A stretch of DNA of 64,000 nucleotides. Origin: a virus. The DNA is taken from the IMG/VR virus record IMGVR_UViG_3300033149_004284, positions 1 through 64,000 of that record. The stretch is one strand, 5' to 3'. Positions within the stretch are counted from its first letter, which is position 1, and every line of letters starts with the position of its first letter. This document shows positions 29,809 through 40,796 of this stretch, in pieces. The notes beneath the pieces were generated by a model that made no database searches, was not told the origin of the DNA, and was given only the letters and a program-made list of their open reading frames with translations. The position numbers were made by a program, and so were the translations under genes.

Positions 29809-30264
29809 TCATGTTTCACTATCCAGATATTGAGATAGGTCTTTGGCTATCACAACCCGTTGCCTCTTGATGTTGCTGACTGGTGCGTTAGCAAGGAAGG
29901 GAGCGGCTTCTAGGAACGCTGGCTTATCCAGTTTCACTAGGATGCCTCCGCGCCCACGACACCAGGCTAAAGCGTCATTCTCATCGAACTCAACGGCCAT
30001 GTGCTCCTCGATCTGCACCCCAGGCCAGGGATTCTTATTGCCAGTCTCTGCATAGACAGCCAGAGCTTTTTCTCGGATCCGTGCAGCAAGCCTATCTACT
30101 TCCCTTTGGCTTTCGCGTCGCCAGAATTGCGCATCGCGAAAATGGGTATATGCTGGGCTTTGTTCTACATCCGCCTGGCACTCTGCTTCAAACCGCTTCC
30201 GACTCTCCAGGCTCGCCCGTGCTTCAGCTAGTTGCTCCAATATCGCAAGTATCTCGTCATTCAT
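29809..30264 (-). CDS. Gp157/Gam-like coiled-coil protein
   Basis: ALAVYAETGNKNPWPGVQI..ALAWC..KLDKPAF. Confidence 0.5.
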   Translation of the reverse strand: MNDEILAILEQLAEARASLESRKRFEAECQADVEQSPAYTHFRDAQFWRRESQREVDRLAARIREKALAVYAETGNKNPWPGVQIEEHMAVEFDENDALAWCRGRGGILVKLDKPAFLEAAPFLANAPVSNIKRQRVVIAKDLSQYLDSET

Positions 30265-30604
30265 CTATCTCCTCCTTCGGCAAGTATTGAGATAGGTCTT
30301 CCGCTATTGTAACCTGCGGCTCCTTAGCGATCGGGCTCTCCTCCTCGACCTGTACTCCAGGCCAAGGATTCTTGATGCTCCTCGTTGCATAGACGGTCAG
30401 AGCCGCAGCTCGGATTTGTGCGGCAAGCCTATCTACCTCCTTTTGGCTCATACGCCGTCGATATTGCGCCTTGGTAAGACAGGAATCTGCCAGGCGTTTT
30501 TCTTCCCGACTCTCTGCTTCGATCCTTTTCCAATTTTCCAGGTTTGCCCGCATCTTAGCTAGTCGCCGCAGCATCCAGGCCATGTCCCTCCCTTCCCTGC
30601 TCAT
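30257..30604 (-). CDS. Internally deleted tandem paralog of 29809-30264
   Basis: Shares SQ.EVDRLAA.IR..AL.VYA..KNPWPGVQ.EE and IA.DLSQYL. Confidence 0.65.
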   Translation of the reverse strand: MSREGRDMAWMLRRLAKMRANLENWKRIEAESREEKRLADSCLTKAQYRRRMSQKEVDRLAAQIRAAALTVYATRSIKNPWPGVQVEEESPIAKEPQVTIAEDLSQYLPKEEIDE

Positions 30605-30697
30605 TCTCCACTTGTTGGAAATAACGTTCTGCATTCTCCATAGCCTCCTTGTAATGCTTCTCGCAATAGTCATGCGAGACACCACCGCTTGGCGTCT

Positions 30698-30952
30698 CTA
30701 TCCAGCGTAAGTGCTTCCCACAGACGCAGCACCGGACTTCTGTTCGCATATCATAGCCTCCAGCATCTCGTCAACGGCCTCTGTCCAGTCAAGGCTCTCT
30801 CGCAAACGCTTCTCTAAGGAAGGCGCTGGCAATAGCTTGCCCGTCTCTATGTATGAGATAAATCTGTTATCTGTCATCGCCAAATCTGCCAATTTCTCTT
30901 GACTGTATCCTCTTGTGACTCGTAGGACCCGCATTCGCTTGCCAAAGTTCAT
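30698..30952 (-). CDS. XRE-family HTH regulator
   Basis: FGKRMRVLR..RGYSQEKLA..ISYIETGK..P. Confidence 0.85.
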   Translation of the reverse strand: MNFGKRMRVLRVTRGYSQEKLADLAMTDNRFISYIETGKLLPAPSLEKRLRESLDWTEAVDEMLEAMICEQKSGAASVGSTYAG

Positions 30953-32158
30953 CCAGATGCCTCCCCTCTGTAGCAATGCACGGTTTTCATCAATTGTTCT
31001 TGTGTGGCCTTCCTAGCCTCGACTGCTATGTACTTGCGTTGTGATACTTTGCATAATAGCCATATCTCATTTGGGTGATTGATGATTAGCCAATAGCCTG
31101 GCCTGATTCTTTGTCATAGGGCCTCCTAAGGGGTGATCTGGGGGGCTGCAATGCTGACCAATGCTTTAGGCTGCTCCCCCCGCAGCAATTCAATCAAGCG
31201 CTCTACAGTCATTGTCATGTTTGTCCTTTCTCAATGCTGACCGATGCTTCGGAACTCATTGAGAGTTTTGCTTACTGCTTGGGCCATGGGTATAGGAAGA
31301 CTGGCCGTAAGGCTAGTTCCATAACGCTCCTCAGTCCATGACAGGATGTCGCGACAAACGGAGTTGTTGCGCCTGAGGACTTCCCCGTAGACGAACAAGG
31401 CCCGTTTGAGGACTTGTAGTTCAGCGGGGGATACCTTGAGAACTACTTCTGCTTTCATTACGATCTCTCCTTTCTGCATGTTTGACTCATAGTGAGATTC
31501 ATCGGTCGCATGCATCATCAAGTATAGATTGTGCAATGCTGCCAAGATATGCTATCAGTCTAGTGAACGACAAGAGACTCCATCGCTCTGAGGCCAGAAC
31601 AAGACGCAGCGCGCGACGTAAAGCCATCTGGCGAGAGTCAAATGGTTGTAAAGTGTCAGTTGCTTCATCCAGACACATTTCCAATTGTTCATCTACGGTG
31701 GTCATCGATCTTCCTCCTCTGGGGCACAAATAACTCCATATGGCAATCCCAGTGAGTTTTATCTGCCTGTTTACTTCCGCCAACGCCGCTGATGTAGTAG
31801 TCGAGTTGGTCACAAACAATGTACATGATGGACTCTGGCCTTGATACGCCGGAGGGCTTTGCCCTCCTCGATTACGTGACCACTGGCGGGGCGTTGCCCG
31901 ATTCTGTGATGCCGTCTGAGCTATCGAAAACCAGATCGAGCTTGCAACCGCCCGGTTGTGCCCCTTCTTGATAGTGCTTCTCGCAGAGGGCAAAAGTGGG
32001 CACCTTCTCGCCGGCTCGTGCAATGATGGTAGTGACACGCTCTCTACACCCACGGCAGTTGCAACGACGTAACCCCCAAGTGATAGCTAGTGCAGCTGTG
32101 TAGATGTTTGCTGTGTCTGGGTCTCGGATGATCTCCATTTGTTCCTCCTTGTCTACCG

Positions 32159-32389
32159 TCAGGGCGGGTCTGGCAACCCACTGAAAGGCATCCAGTGTGT
32201 AATCTCTGTGTAAGGAATTAAGCCCCGTGTGGGCCAGCGCATAAAGCTAGGGAGACCGAGAGATGTTGAGTGGCCCCAATAGCGAGCTAAAGCCACGATG
32301 CGCTCACCTTTACACAGACGCCGATAACAGATAAATACGTCACGGTCTCTAGGTACTGGGAAGTCTACTACCCGCTTCCACTCAGTCAT
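32159..32389 (-). CDS. DUF551-like protein
   Basis: MTEWKRV...P..EITHWMP. Confidence 0.6.
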   Translation of the reverse strand: MTEWKRVVDFPVPRDRDVFICYRRLCKGERIVALARYWGHSTSLGLPSFMRWPTRGLIPYTEITHWMPFSGLPDPP

Positions 32390-32433
32390 TTGATTTCTCC
32401 TTCCTGCGGCTCGCTCTTCACTCGATACAGGCA

Positions 32434-33944
32434 TCACTTAGCATTGGGACCTCCTTCGCATAACATATTCAGCATCGGGCAATCATCTATCACCCGCTTT
32501 CTTGCCATCTTGCAATACTCCTCTGACAAGTCTATCCCAATCGCCCTCCTTCCTAGCCGCAGGGCCACCATGACGCTTGTCCCACTCCCAACAAAGGGGT
32601 CAAGAACTATGCAAGGAACTGGGTTATGCCCACATGAACACCCAGGCCGCCATTTGTCCGTTGCGCGACTGGTGAGAGCCCATCCCGTGCTATCAGTTTT
32701 CGTGGGTGCGTTGTTAGGTACGTGCGCTGGCTCTCGCTTGTTAATGTGGCCTGTCCGTTCGATGATTCTGTTCCATCCCTTCCCGCACTCCGGGCAGCAT
32801 CCGCGCTCGGAAGTTCCGAGGTGAATGCACCTCTCAGGAAGCACAGTGGGAAATACGGCGAAGTGCAGCCCTGGAAATCCGCTTGTGGGGAATCTCCAAA
32901 CGTCTCTCAGGTTGGCTCCTCGCCTATCAGGCTCCCATCTCTTACCACTGTAGGTCGGATTCCCGTAGCCAGCTGCCTTCTCACCACCGAACTTGATATT
33001 CAATCGCGGTCTGTCCATTGAGTGTACTGTCTGCCCAGGGACGCCGCGTGAGCGCTTATGGCTGTCGCTCACCCCGCGTTTGTACCTTGCTACTGAGGCT
33101 TCTTTCAAAGGCGTCCTTACAGCGTAGTTGTCATAGTAGTATCGGGCGCTTTTCGTAAGTAGCAGAATATGCTCGTAGCTGGATGTGCATCTGTCAGTGA
33201 CACTTTCCGGCATCGGGTTCGGTTTGGCCCAGACTATTGACGACCTCAGCCACCATCCGTCTCTTTGCAGAGCCATGCCCAGCATCCAGGGGATAGGAAC
33301 CCATTGTTTATCCTGGAATGAACCGGCTATGTTCAGCCACAGCGTGCCGTCATCCCTGAGCACCCTTTTCACTTCTCTGAATATCCCAACCAGATGGCAA
33401 ATGTAGCAAGCTCCGCAAAGGCGCGGCCTGAAATACTTGGCTAGATGAGCAGGCACAGCGTATCTCGGTAGAGTTATCTCGGTTTGCATCCTAGCCCTTT
33501 CGAGTTCTGACATGACATAGGCACGCTCTTTATCAGTCAGGTCTGGCCGCAATTCCTGGAATGGCCGCCCACAGTCTGGCGTTGGCTCCAGGCCCAGCGA
33601 CCCGCGCCAGCAGCCACAGAGACGACAGAAGGCATGATTGTGCGGTTTATGTCGGCTTCCTGCATTACTATCCTGTTTTGCTGATGGCCCACCTGACATT
33701 CCTGGTCGTATCTGCTCGTCCCACTCATGCTTGCACTCATCCGAGCCGCCCCAGAGTAAGGGCGGCAAATTGTAGTCTCTTAATCCCCATGGAATCACCA
33801 GTAGGGTGGCGAGGTACAAACCGTCTGGACGCAAGCATCTGGCATAGTACGCAAGACATCCCTAACATCGCCCTGCACAACAGCCCACTGCCGGCTTCCA
33901 GCCAATACCTCACTCAACCCTACTGGTTGTCTCTCTCCCTTCAT
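32434..33944 (-). CDS. N4-C/N6-A DNA methyltransferase (beta class), interrupted by 11 nt directly after SPPYW
   Basis: 33944-33795 encodes ..QGDVRDVL..VCTSPPYW*; a second frame from 33789 continues WGLRDY..EVKRVLRDDG..WAKPNPMPES..HFAVFP..VLDPFVGSGT..IGIDL. Confidence 0.85.
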
Positions 33945-33959
33945 CTGATAAATTGCCTT

Positions 33960-34117
33960 TCATATTAGCCATGCTATGAACCCAGTGGTGACACTTACGC
34001 AAAGCAAAGTTAGATTGCCAAGGTCACAACGCAGCCATCTATCCTCGCCAAGACCTCCCTACAATCCCCCTGCACGATGGCCCACTTGCGCTGGCCTGAT
34101 AATACTTCATCTATCAT
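33960..34117 (-). pseudogene. Deleted methyltransferase N-terminus joined to a frameshifted HNH C-terminus
   Basis: 34117-34010 MIDEVLSGQRKWAIVQGDCREVL..*; overlapping frames give LRCDLGNLTLLC / RKCHHWVHS. Confidence 0.6.
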
Positions 34118-34367
34118 TTGAGACTACCTCACCAGATATTTTGAGATTCAATTTAAGATATTCAGGGACACTCTCTCCTTCCTCGAAGAAGAGATACTCG
34201 GCGTCTTTACCTAGCCGTCGAATACACCGATCCCTGAATTCAGGCGTTACTGGCTCATGACCATGCTTGAGACGAGAGAGATGCTCGTAACTATAGCCTA
34301 ACAGGTCAGCCATCTCTTTCATAGGTACTCTGTAGTCTTCGGCCCATCGAAACAGACTTGTCTGCAT
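34107..34367 (-). CDS. Cro/XRE-like HTH protein
   Basis: MKEMADLLGYSYEHLSRLKHG. Confidence 0.7.
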   Translation of the reverse strand: MQTSLFRWAEDYRVPMKEMADLLGYSYEHLSRLKHGHEPVTPEFRDRCIRRLGKDAEYLFFEEGESVPEYLKLNLKISGEVVSNDR

Positions 34368-34448
34368 AACAGTCTCCTTGCTAGTTGTTGTTAGTCATTG
34401 GTCACTTAGTCTCTTAGTCGCTCTAGGCTAGTATTCTCTCTAGCCTCT

Positions 34449-35390
34449 CTAACCTAGTATTCTCTCAAGATGGTTGCCAAAATTGCTATGCCCTGCCCTC
34501 TTGAGATACTGTAAGCCGAGAACAGTCAGCTTGCGTCCCCGCCCTGTAATCTCAATAAGAGCCTTTCGCAGCAACAAGGGCTCATAGATCTCCTTGATAG
34601 TTCTCGCGTTCTCGGCTAAGGCTCCTGCTAAGGTCGATGCGCCTGCTGGCCCTCCCCCAAACATTATACCAAGAACCATCAGGTACTTTCTCTCCTCAGG
34701 CCTAATTCCCAAGAAGTCTATCCCCAAACTAGACAGGATTTCGCCGATGTCAGAAGCCGATGCCTGGTTAGTCACGTCCCTGACACGTCTCAGCAGATGG
34801 TTCGCGATCCTCGGCGTGCCCCTGGCCCTTTCTGCCAAAGCCTCACTAGCACCTGGCTCCAGCGTCACGCCCAGTGCTGCTGCTGAGTTCTCGACAATCT
34901 CGGCTAAGTCCTCAGTCGGATAGAAGTCCAGTCTCAGTCTCAGAGGAAACCTGGTTCTGAGGGGGGCTGTTACCTCCGCAGGCCGCGTTGTGGCTGCTAT
35001 GATAGTCCCTCGAGCGCTTCGATCCATTAGGTTTGCCAAACGCTCCTGGCTATCTATGTCCAGAGCATGAACCTCGTCTATGAAGATGAACTGAACGGAT
35101 TCAGGTTCCCTGCTTCCTAGTTCTCTAGTTAGGCCTGCTTCCAAGTCATCATAGTCTTGGCCTGTAACTCTGACAAGGTCCTGGCCTCCTACCAGCCTAG
35201 CCAGCGTCGTCTTGCCGAGCCCTGGTGGTCCAGTCAAGAGAAGGTGATCAAGAGGTTCTGACCTTCCCTCGGCTGCCCCCAGGGCCCTTCGCAAGACATC
35301 TTTGATTTGTTGCTGGCCAATAAAGTCCTGCCAGGCTTGGGGGCGGAGTTTACTATCGAGCATTGCTATTGACAATAGAGTGCAAGCCAT
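34449..35390 (-). CDS. ruvB: Holliday junction branch-migration ATPase RuvB homolog
   Basis: LRPQ...DFIGQ, DHLLLTGPPGLGKTTLA, FIDEVH, AATTR, PLRTRF, RGTPRIANHLLRRVRD, YEP.L..TGRGR. Confidence 0.9.
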   Translation of the reverse strand: MACTLLSIAMLDSKLRPQAWQDFIGQQQIKDVLRRALGAAEGRSEPLDHLLLTGPPGLGKTTLARLVGGQDLVRVTGQDYDDLEAGLTRELGSREPESVQFIFIDEVHALDIDSQERLANLMDRSARGTIIAATTRPAEVTAPLRTRFPLRLRLDFYPTEDLAEIVENSAAALGVTLEPGASEALAERARGTPRIANHLLRRVRDVTNQASASDIGEILSSLGIDFLGIRPEERKYLMVLGIMFGGGPAGASTLAGALAENARTIKEIYEPLLLRKALIEITGRGRKLTVLGLQYLKRAGHSNFGNHLERILG

Positions 35391-35608
35391 CCACGTTTCC
35401 TCTACCTCCGAAAGTACGGGTTGACTAGCAGAGCCACTACAACCAAGAGCCAGCCCAGAACAAAGAAGACAACAAAGACACCAACCGCGACATCCAAGAG
35501 ATTTCTCTTCATCACACCAACGCCTGGTTTGACCAACTGCCAGAACTTGGTCCACGTCATCATGGCCTTTTCCTCCTTCCTAGAATTACCTCTCATTGTC
35601 GCCTCCGT

Positions 35609-36574
35609 CTAAATGTGTGCATCAACCAGATAGACCCTCTGGTTAGGACTCGACTTCTCAAGCTCTCCCACGAAAGACCAGAAGGCTGCATCATAGCCTT
35701 CGTTTGGGTTGGTAGTCAGGGCCCAGTAACCCATCTGGGCTCGTTCTACCCATTCGCCATCCGAGGTCACAAAGGCAAAAGTCAGCGCCCTGGCCTTCTG
35801 CTTCAGGATGAACTCCTTTTCGGATAATGCCAGGAGACTATCGTCCCCCCAGAGAAAGATATTTTCCCTTTGCAGAACTCTCCCCAGTAGCCTCTGTTTA
35901 GTATACTCGTGAAGTGTGCCTTCCCAGTTCTTGTCTCTCTCAAGGAGACTCAGGAAGTCAGCTCTGAACTCGCCAAGGTGAGCCTGAACATCCATCGCCT
36001 CAGCCTCTACCTGGCATGCCTTAACAGCACGGAAGCTCTCTAGGGCTTTCGTGAAATCTTTGCCTCGCATTCCTTCCCAGTCTATCCAGGATACAGGAGC
36101 CCAATCGCAACAGAGCGGGTCTCTCTGGGGCTTGCCAACGACGCCTGGCTCCCCGAACCCCACTGTACCGTCCGCAATACTCGCTGGACTGGGCTTCCGC
36201 TTCATTCGCAAGTAGCCTGACCAGCGGCCTCCTATCTCCCACCAGTCGTACTTCGCGTTTTCGTTCTGCCAGTAGCCAATACGTCCCTTGAGTGGGTCTC
36301 GGTTGAGGCCCGCCCACTCATTGCAGAACTTGTCAAAGTCCCCCTGACCATAGTACTCCAACAGAGTCTGACCAACAGACTCAGGATACTGCCGACCTGT
36401 GTAGCTCTCCTCTGTGATGATCTCCTTGGCCTTCTCCTGGAGCTCGTCCTCTTTGTCAAAGAAAGACATGTAGTCGTAGGGAGGCTGGCTTACGCAGTTC
36501 TCCATGTAGGGTAACATCTTGTCTTCCAGGTCGTTCACGTCATCTGCGGGTATCAAGACACTAAAATGACTCAT
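35609..36574 (-). CDS. Conserved-type phage hypothetical protein
   Basis: RBS GGAGG; MSHFSVL..NAKYDWWEIGGRWSG..LVDAHI. Confidence 0.7.
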   Translation of the reverse strand: MSHFSVLIPADDVNDLEDKMLPYMENCVSQPPYDYMSFFDKEDELQEKAKEIITEESYTGRQYPESVGQTLLEYYGQGDFDKFCNEWAGLNRDPLKGRIGYWQNENAKYDWWEIGGRWSGYLRMKRKPSPASIADGTVGFGEPGVVGKPQRDPLCCDWAPVSWIDWEGMRGKDFTKALESFRAVKACQVEAEAMDVQAHLGEFRADFLSLLERDKNWEGTLHEYTKQRLLGRVLQRENIFLWGDDSLLALSEKEFILKQKARALTFAFVTSDGEWVERAQMGYWALTTNPNEGYDAAFWSFVGELEKSSPNQRVYLVDAHI

Positions 36575-39032
36575 CGAGATTCCTCCTTTTGTTGATTCAG
36601 CCGCCGCCCCAGAGCAGAAACCCTCCCTGCTCAGCAACAACCAGTGGCTCCTTCTGAATATCCTTCTCGACTTGCTCCCGCAACGAAGCAAGGAGAATTG
36701 GATTCTTCACATGCTCGCCGATACTCTGCTCATACGCCTGAAACACTGCCCTCCGCGCTTCCTCAACATCACAAGCCAACGCAAACACCACCCCGCTAGT
36801 CCAGTTGTAAAGAACATCCTCCCAGACGAACAGTTTGAGTTGATCTTGACCTCCCAACACCACAACTCTGTAAATAGACACATTCTCCTGATTCTCTGGA
36901 CAGGGTGCATTCGTCCTGATGTAGACCTTCTCGCCGATGCTCTCCTTGTCCATGGCGTTATCCCAGTACCTAGAACCCGCCGTAGAGAAAAGGTCGCCTG
37001 GCTGTAAGTCTTTTCCCAGAACCGCCTCTGCGCGAGCCTTGACTGTCATTTCTCCTCCTTTTGACATCAATTCCTTCATCGAGGAAGCCCCGCCATGACT
37101 ATACTTCCGCCATCGAAGATTAGGGTTTGCATATTCTCACCCTCCCTTGCGGGCTCTCACAATCTGCGCTTCATACAGTAAGATAGCTTCTTTCCGAGTT
37201 GGCAGAGAACCCTTAGCGCAGAATATCATGCAGCGGTAGAAACAGCCGTCTGGGGACCTCGCAATTTCAGGTTTACCGCTAAAGTGGTCGGAGACTCGCC
37301 GATCAAATGGGCAGAAGTTCCTCAATGTATTGTACTTTGGAGCTACTCGCCCTCTCTTAATGAACTCGTCTGGCCACAGGTGATCTTCGGCATCTGGCCA
37401 TGCTTCTGCGTCCCTACTACACTTACCCCAAGAGCAGTAGAACTCCTTGGCCCCGATCTCGTCACAGTTGTAGTATGAGAAATTCAAGCCTGCTTTCAAT
37501 CGTTCCACCATCCGTTCAAGAAATACTACATAGCGTTCATTGGACAGTTCCATCTTCTTGTACCGACAGAGAATACAGATCGTCTCGGCCTCGACTGGGA
37601 TAAACTCCTTGCCACAAGAATCACAAATGGCTGTCTTTCGCCTTCTTACTCGCATAGCCTTCTCGCCTCCGCAGTGTACCAATCCCAGGTATTCATCGAG
37701 GAAGCCTTACCTTTGTAAATTACTATCCCTCCACCACCGAAGTCGCCCACTCGCGGCTTAGAGCAGGTCCCTGCCCAGGAAAGACTCCAGGGCTCCTCTA
37801 CCTCAAACCGTTCCTGGAAGGCGGCAACTGTGTCTGCCAGAGCGCCAATATCGCCTGAGTCTTCAGAGTGGACCCAAACATCCTTCCCCTCTGCTGCGAA
37901 CTCGCACGGCGGATACGCTGTTCCGTCATCATCCTTGACTGCCCCTGTGAGTTTCTGTATCAGCCAGTCCTGCTGCTCCTTCGTCTTACAAGGAACTATC
38001 TCCGAGAACAGGGTCCAATAGTCAGCCATCAGTTACCTCCCAGGAGACTTTTCCGCTGTCGCCAAAGTCTTCAAGCTGCTGTCCTCGGGCAACTCCCCTT
38101 CCTCTGTGACGTAGGGCAGGACTCCCTCCAGGACATCCGCACTCTTGTAAGTAGGACCCGTCACAAACATATCCAGGAGATGGTGGTCAGGCGTAGTGAT
38201 GATATAGCCATGCACGATACACCTGTCACCATTGTAGTGGAAGAGCTCTGAGACCCAGATGGAGTCCTTGCGCCCCGCTGTCAGTCTGATAACTGACTGC
38301 CGCACCGACGTAGGCATTGTGGGCCAGTTGCCCAGATCATAGTTGCGTAAGTAGCCTGGCTCATAGTCCGTTCGACTCCAGGTCTTGACACACATCTCGC
38401 CTCGCACATAGAAGGCAGACTGAGTATTGGCTATAATGTTGCCTGTGCTGACGATGTTCGTCTGGCGGTCGAAAGTCTTATGCCCAGTCTCGACCAGCAT
38501 ACGATTAGGATTCTTCCAAACTTTCGCTTTCATGATCCCTCCCTTGAGACGCTAAAGAACCCGTTTTCGTCTCCGTACAGACCTCTCAACTCATCAAATA
38601 TCTCCAGTAGCAAGGCTCGATCCTCGCCCTTCAACTCCCGACTAGCGCCATCAAACCAGTTGAGAAACCAGTACTCCACTCTCCAGGCATCATACCTCCC
38701 ACCAGGATAGAAGCGAAACTCGTCCTGAGGGCCACCCCAGGAAATCTGATAACGATAGTAGCCCTGTTGCTGGTCCCTGAAAGTGCCCGCTTCCACATAG
38801 TCAAAACTCAGGCCATAGTCAAACAGATAGGACTCTACCTCTTCGCAGTACTCTTCGCTCCGCTGGTAGGAAGCCCAGAGCAACCTCAAATCCCTGAGCC
38901 TGGCCTCCATCTCCTCGTCAGTTCGCTCCTCACAAGTTCTCTGTTTCACAGTCATACTTCTCCCTCCTTAACAACTTAGTGAGATACTACTGTCAATCCA
39001 TTCGCTCCCTCAGCCTTGTGAGGGGGGTCAAA

Positions 39033-39090
39033 GGTGGGGGCGGGACTCGAACCCGCCCAGGCCTCATACCTGCCTGTTGCCATGCCCACC
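39033..39090 (-). ncRNA. tRNA-like element lacking a D-arm
   Basis: GGTGGG/CCCACC acceptor-like stem, GGCGGG-TTCGAGT-CCCGCC T-arm, CAGGC/GCCTG arm; 58 nt, no encoded CCA. Confidence 0.6.
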
Positions 39091-40796
39091 TTTAACTGCC
39101 GTCTTCTCACGCCCTCGCCATGGCTTCTCGCCAGTCTCTTACCTTCTCTCGCCATAGTCCTGCGAACTCCCGCTGCTCGTCTGGGGTGACGTCTGCCACC
39201 TTGAACAGCCGCCTTAGGTTGGCCTCCCAGTCACTCAGGCTTCCAATGAAGTCGTTGCAGCCGATGTCTCCATCAATGCGAGCCAGCAGGCCACCATCGC
39301 AAGTGACATGCAGCTCCCGTATCTCAGGCTTTGTCCAGGACTGACCCAGAACATAACCCAGAATGGCTGACATCTTGCCACTCATAGCCGTGAACCTACT
39401 TGGGTGCAGCTTCTCACTTAGAGACATGTTCACTTCCTCCTTCTGCTATCCGCCCGTTGGCGGGGCTATTTTCTTGCCTGCCCACAATGCACTCTCCTGG
39501 TAAGCTGGCACTCGCAAGAGCGCGGCCATCGCATATCTACGCTGTCACCCTCCCCACCCCGCGTCGCTGCTCTTATCCAGCGTTGCTATGTTCACATGCA
39601 CATCGCAGACTCGGCCAGGTCGCTTTGCCAGTTACGAGGCCACTGGCAGGGCACTGATTCTGCTCTCTGTGGTCATCTCGCCTTTTGGCAGACAGCACAC
39701 CAGAGAGTTGCCGCCGAAGGGTGTTTACAGCGAATGCTGTACAAGTTGTGCCCACACTTCGGACACAGATAGCGAGTACGCCGCGAGCTGCTGACCCTCC
39801 AGGACGGCGTTCCTGGAAACGGCTGCCCTTTTCGGGGGATATATGGTGTATCCCTTGGGGTTGCCATCTCTCTTACTCCTTATCAGTCACGAGGCTACTG
39901 GTGAGCCGCACATCTACCTGCTTATCAATATTCCAGATAGTCCAGTAGCCAAAGCATCACTTGAAACCCAACTATGCCTAGCATCAGCCACAAGCCGCTC
40001 AGGTCAGGACGTCTCTTCTCAGGCTTCAGCCAGTCTTGACTCGCCCAGTCTCTCTTCATTTGCCTCTCTCCTGTCTACCTCACTATCTGATTGGCGATAT
40101 ATTCTTGTACAGCCACGAGAGCCCTCTCGCCTATCGAGCCTGTCTCTCCGCCCTTCATACGAGCCAGTGCGGGAATATCAGCACACATCTGCAATGCCTC
40201 TCTCCTGTCCCAAGGCCCAAGGTCTTTAGCGACATCCAGGGCCAGATGCCAAGGGCTCCAAGAATTCCAGGAGTCAGGGCTCTCTTTCTGTCGGTACTTG
40301 GCCCACTCTTTGTGCTTGGCCCTGGCTTGCCTAACTATTCTCTCCAGTTTCTGTTTGCTGGTCATCCGAGTTCCTCCTTTTATGCTTGAGTTCCTATAAC
40401 CATGGAAGAGTCTTTGCCTTACCTTCCTTTCTCCACTCCCACCCGCAAGTTAAGCAAAACCGTCTTTGCCTCTTTCTATGAATGTACCGCCGCCTTGTCT
40501 CGCCACATACAGGACACTCCTCTCCAAGAGAGACTTTTCGCAGCGCCCCTTTGGAGATAACAATTCCTTTCGCTGCGAGGATTTCTCCTATCGTTGCCAT
40601 CAGTCTGTGCCCCTCACTGCCGTCTGAGCAGCGATCTCCCTCTTCACTCCTACTAACGCCCTCTCAGCCCGGCTGGCTATCCATCGGGCCGTGTCAAGGC
40701 GATACCCTAGCCAAGGTTTCTCGGCAACGATTTTCTCCAAGCGATGTACTTCCGCCTTCGCCTTGGCTGCTGCGTCCTCAAAGTCAACCAGGTTTG

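Noticed and set aside
33781-33800. Stop-codon reassignment (TGA or TAG) explaining split genes
   Set aside because: Read-through of the MTase TGA meets TAA four codons later in the wrong frame, and long genes elsewhere are intact under code 11
38965-38996. Minus-strand TTGACA as a promoter
   Set aside because: No acceptable -10 at 16-18 nt spacing
39033-39090. Canonical tRNA gene
   Set aside because: 58 nt, no D-arm, 9-nt anticodon-type loop, no CCA; reported as tRNA-like instead
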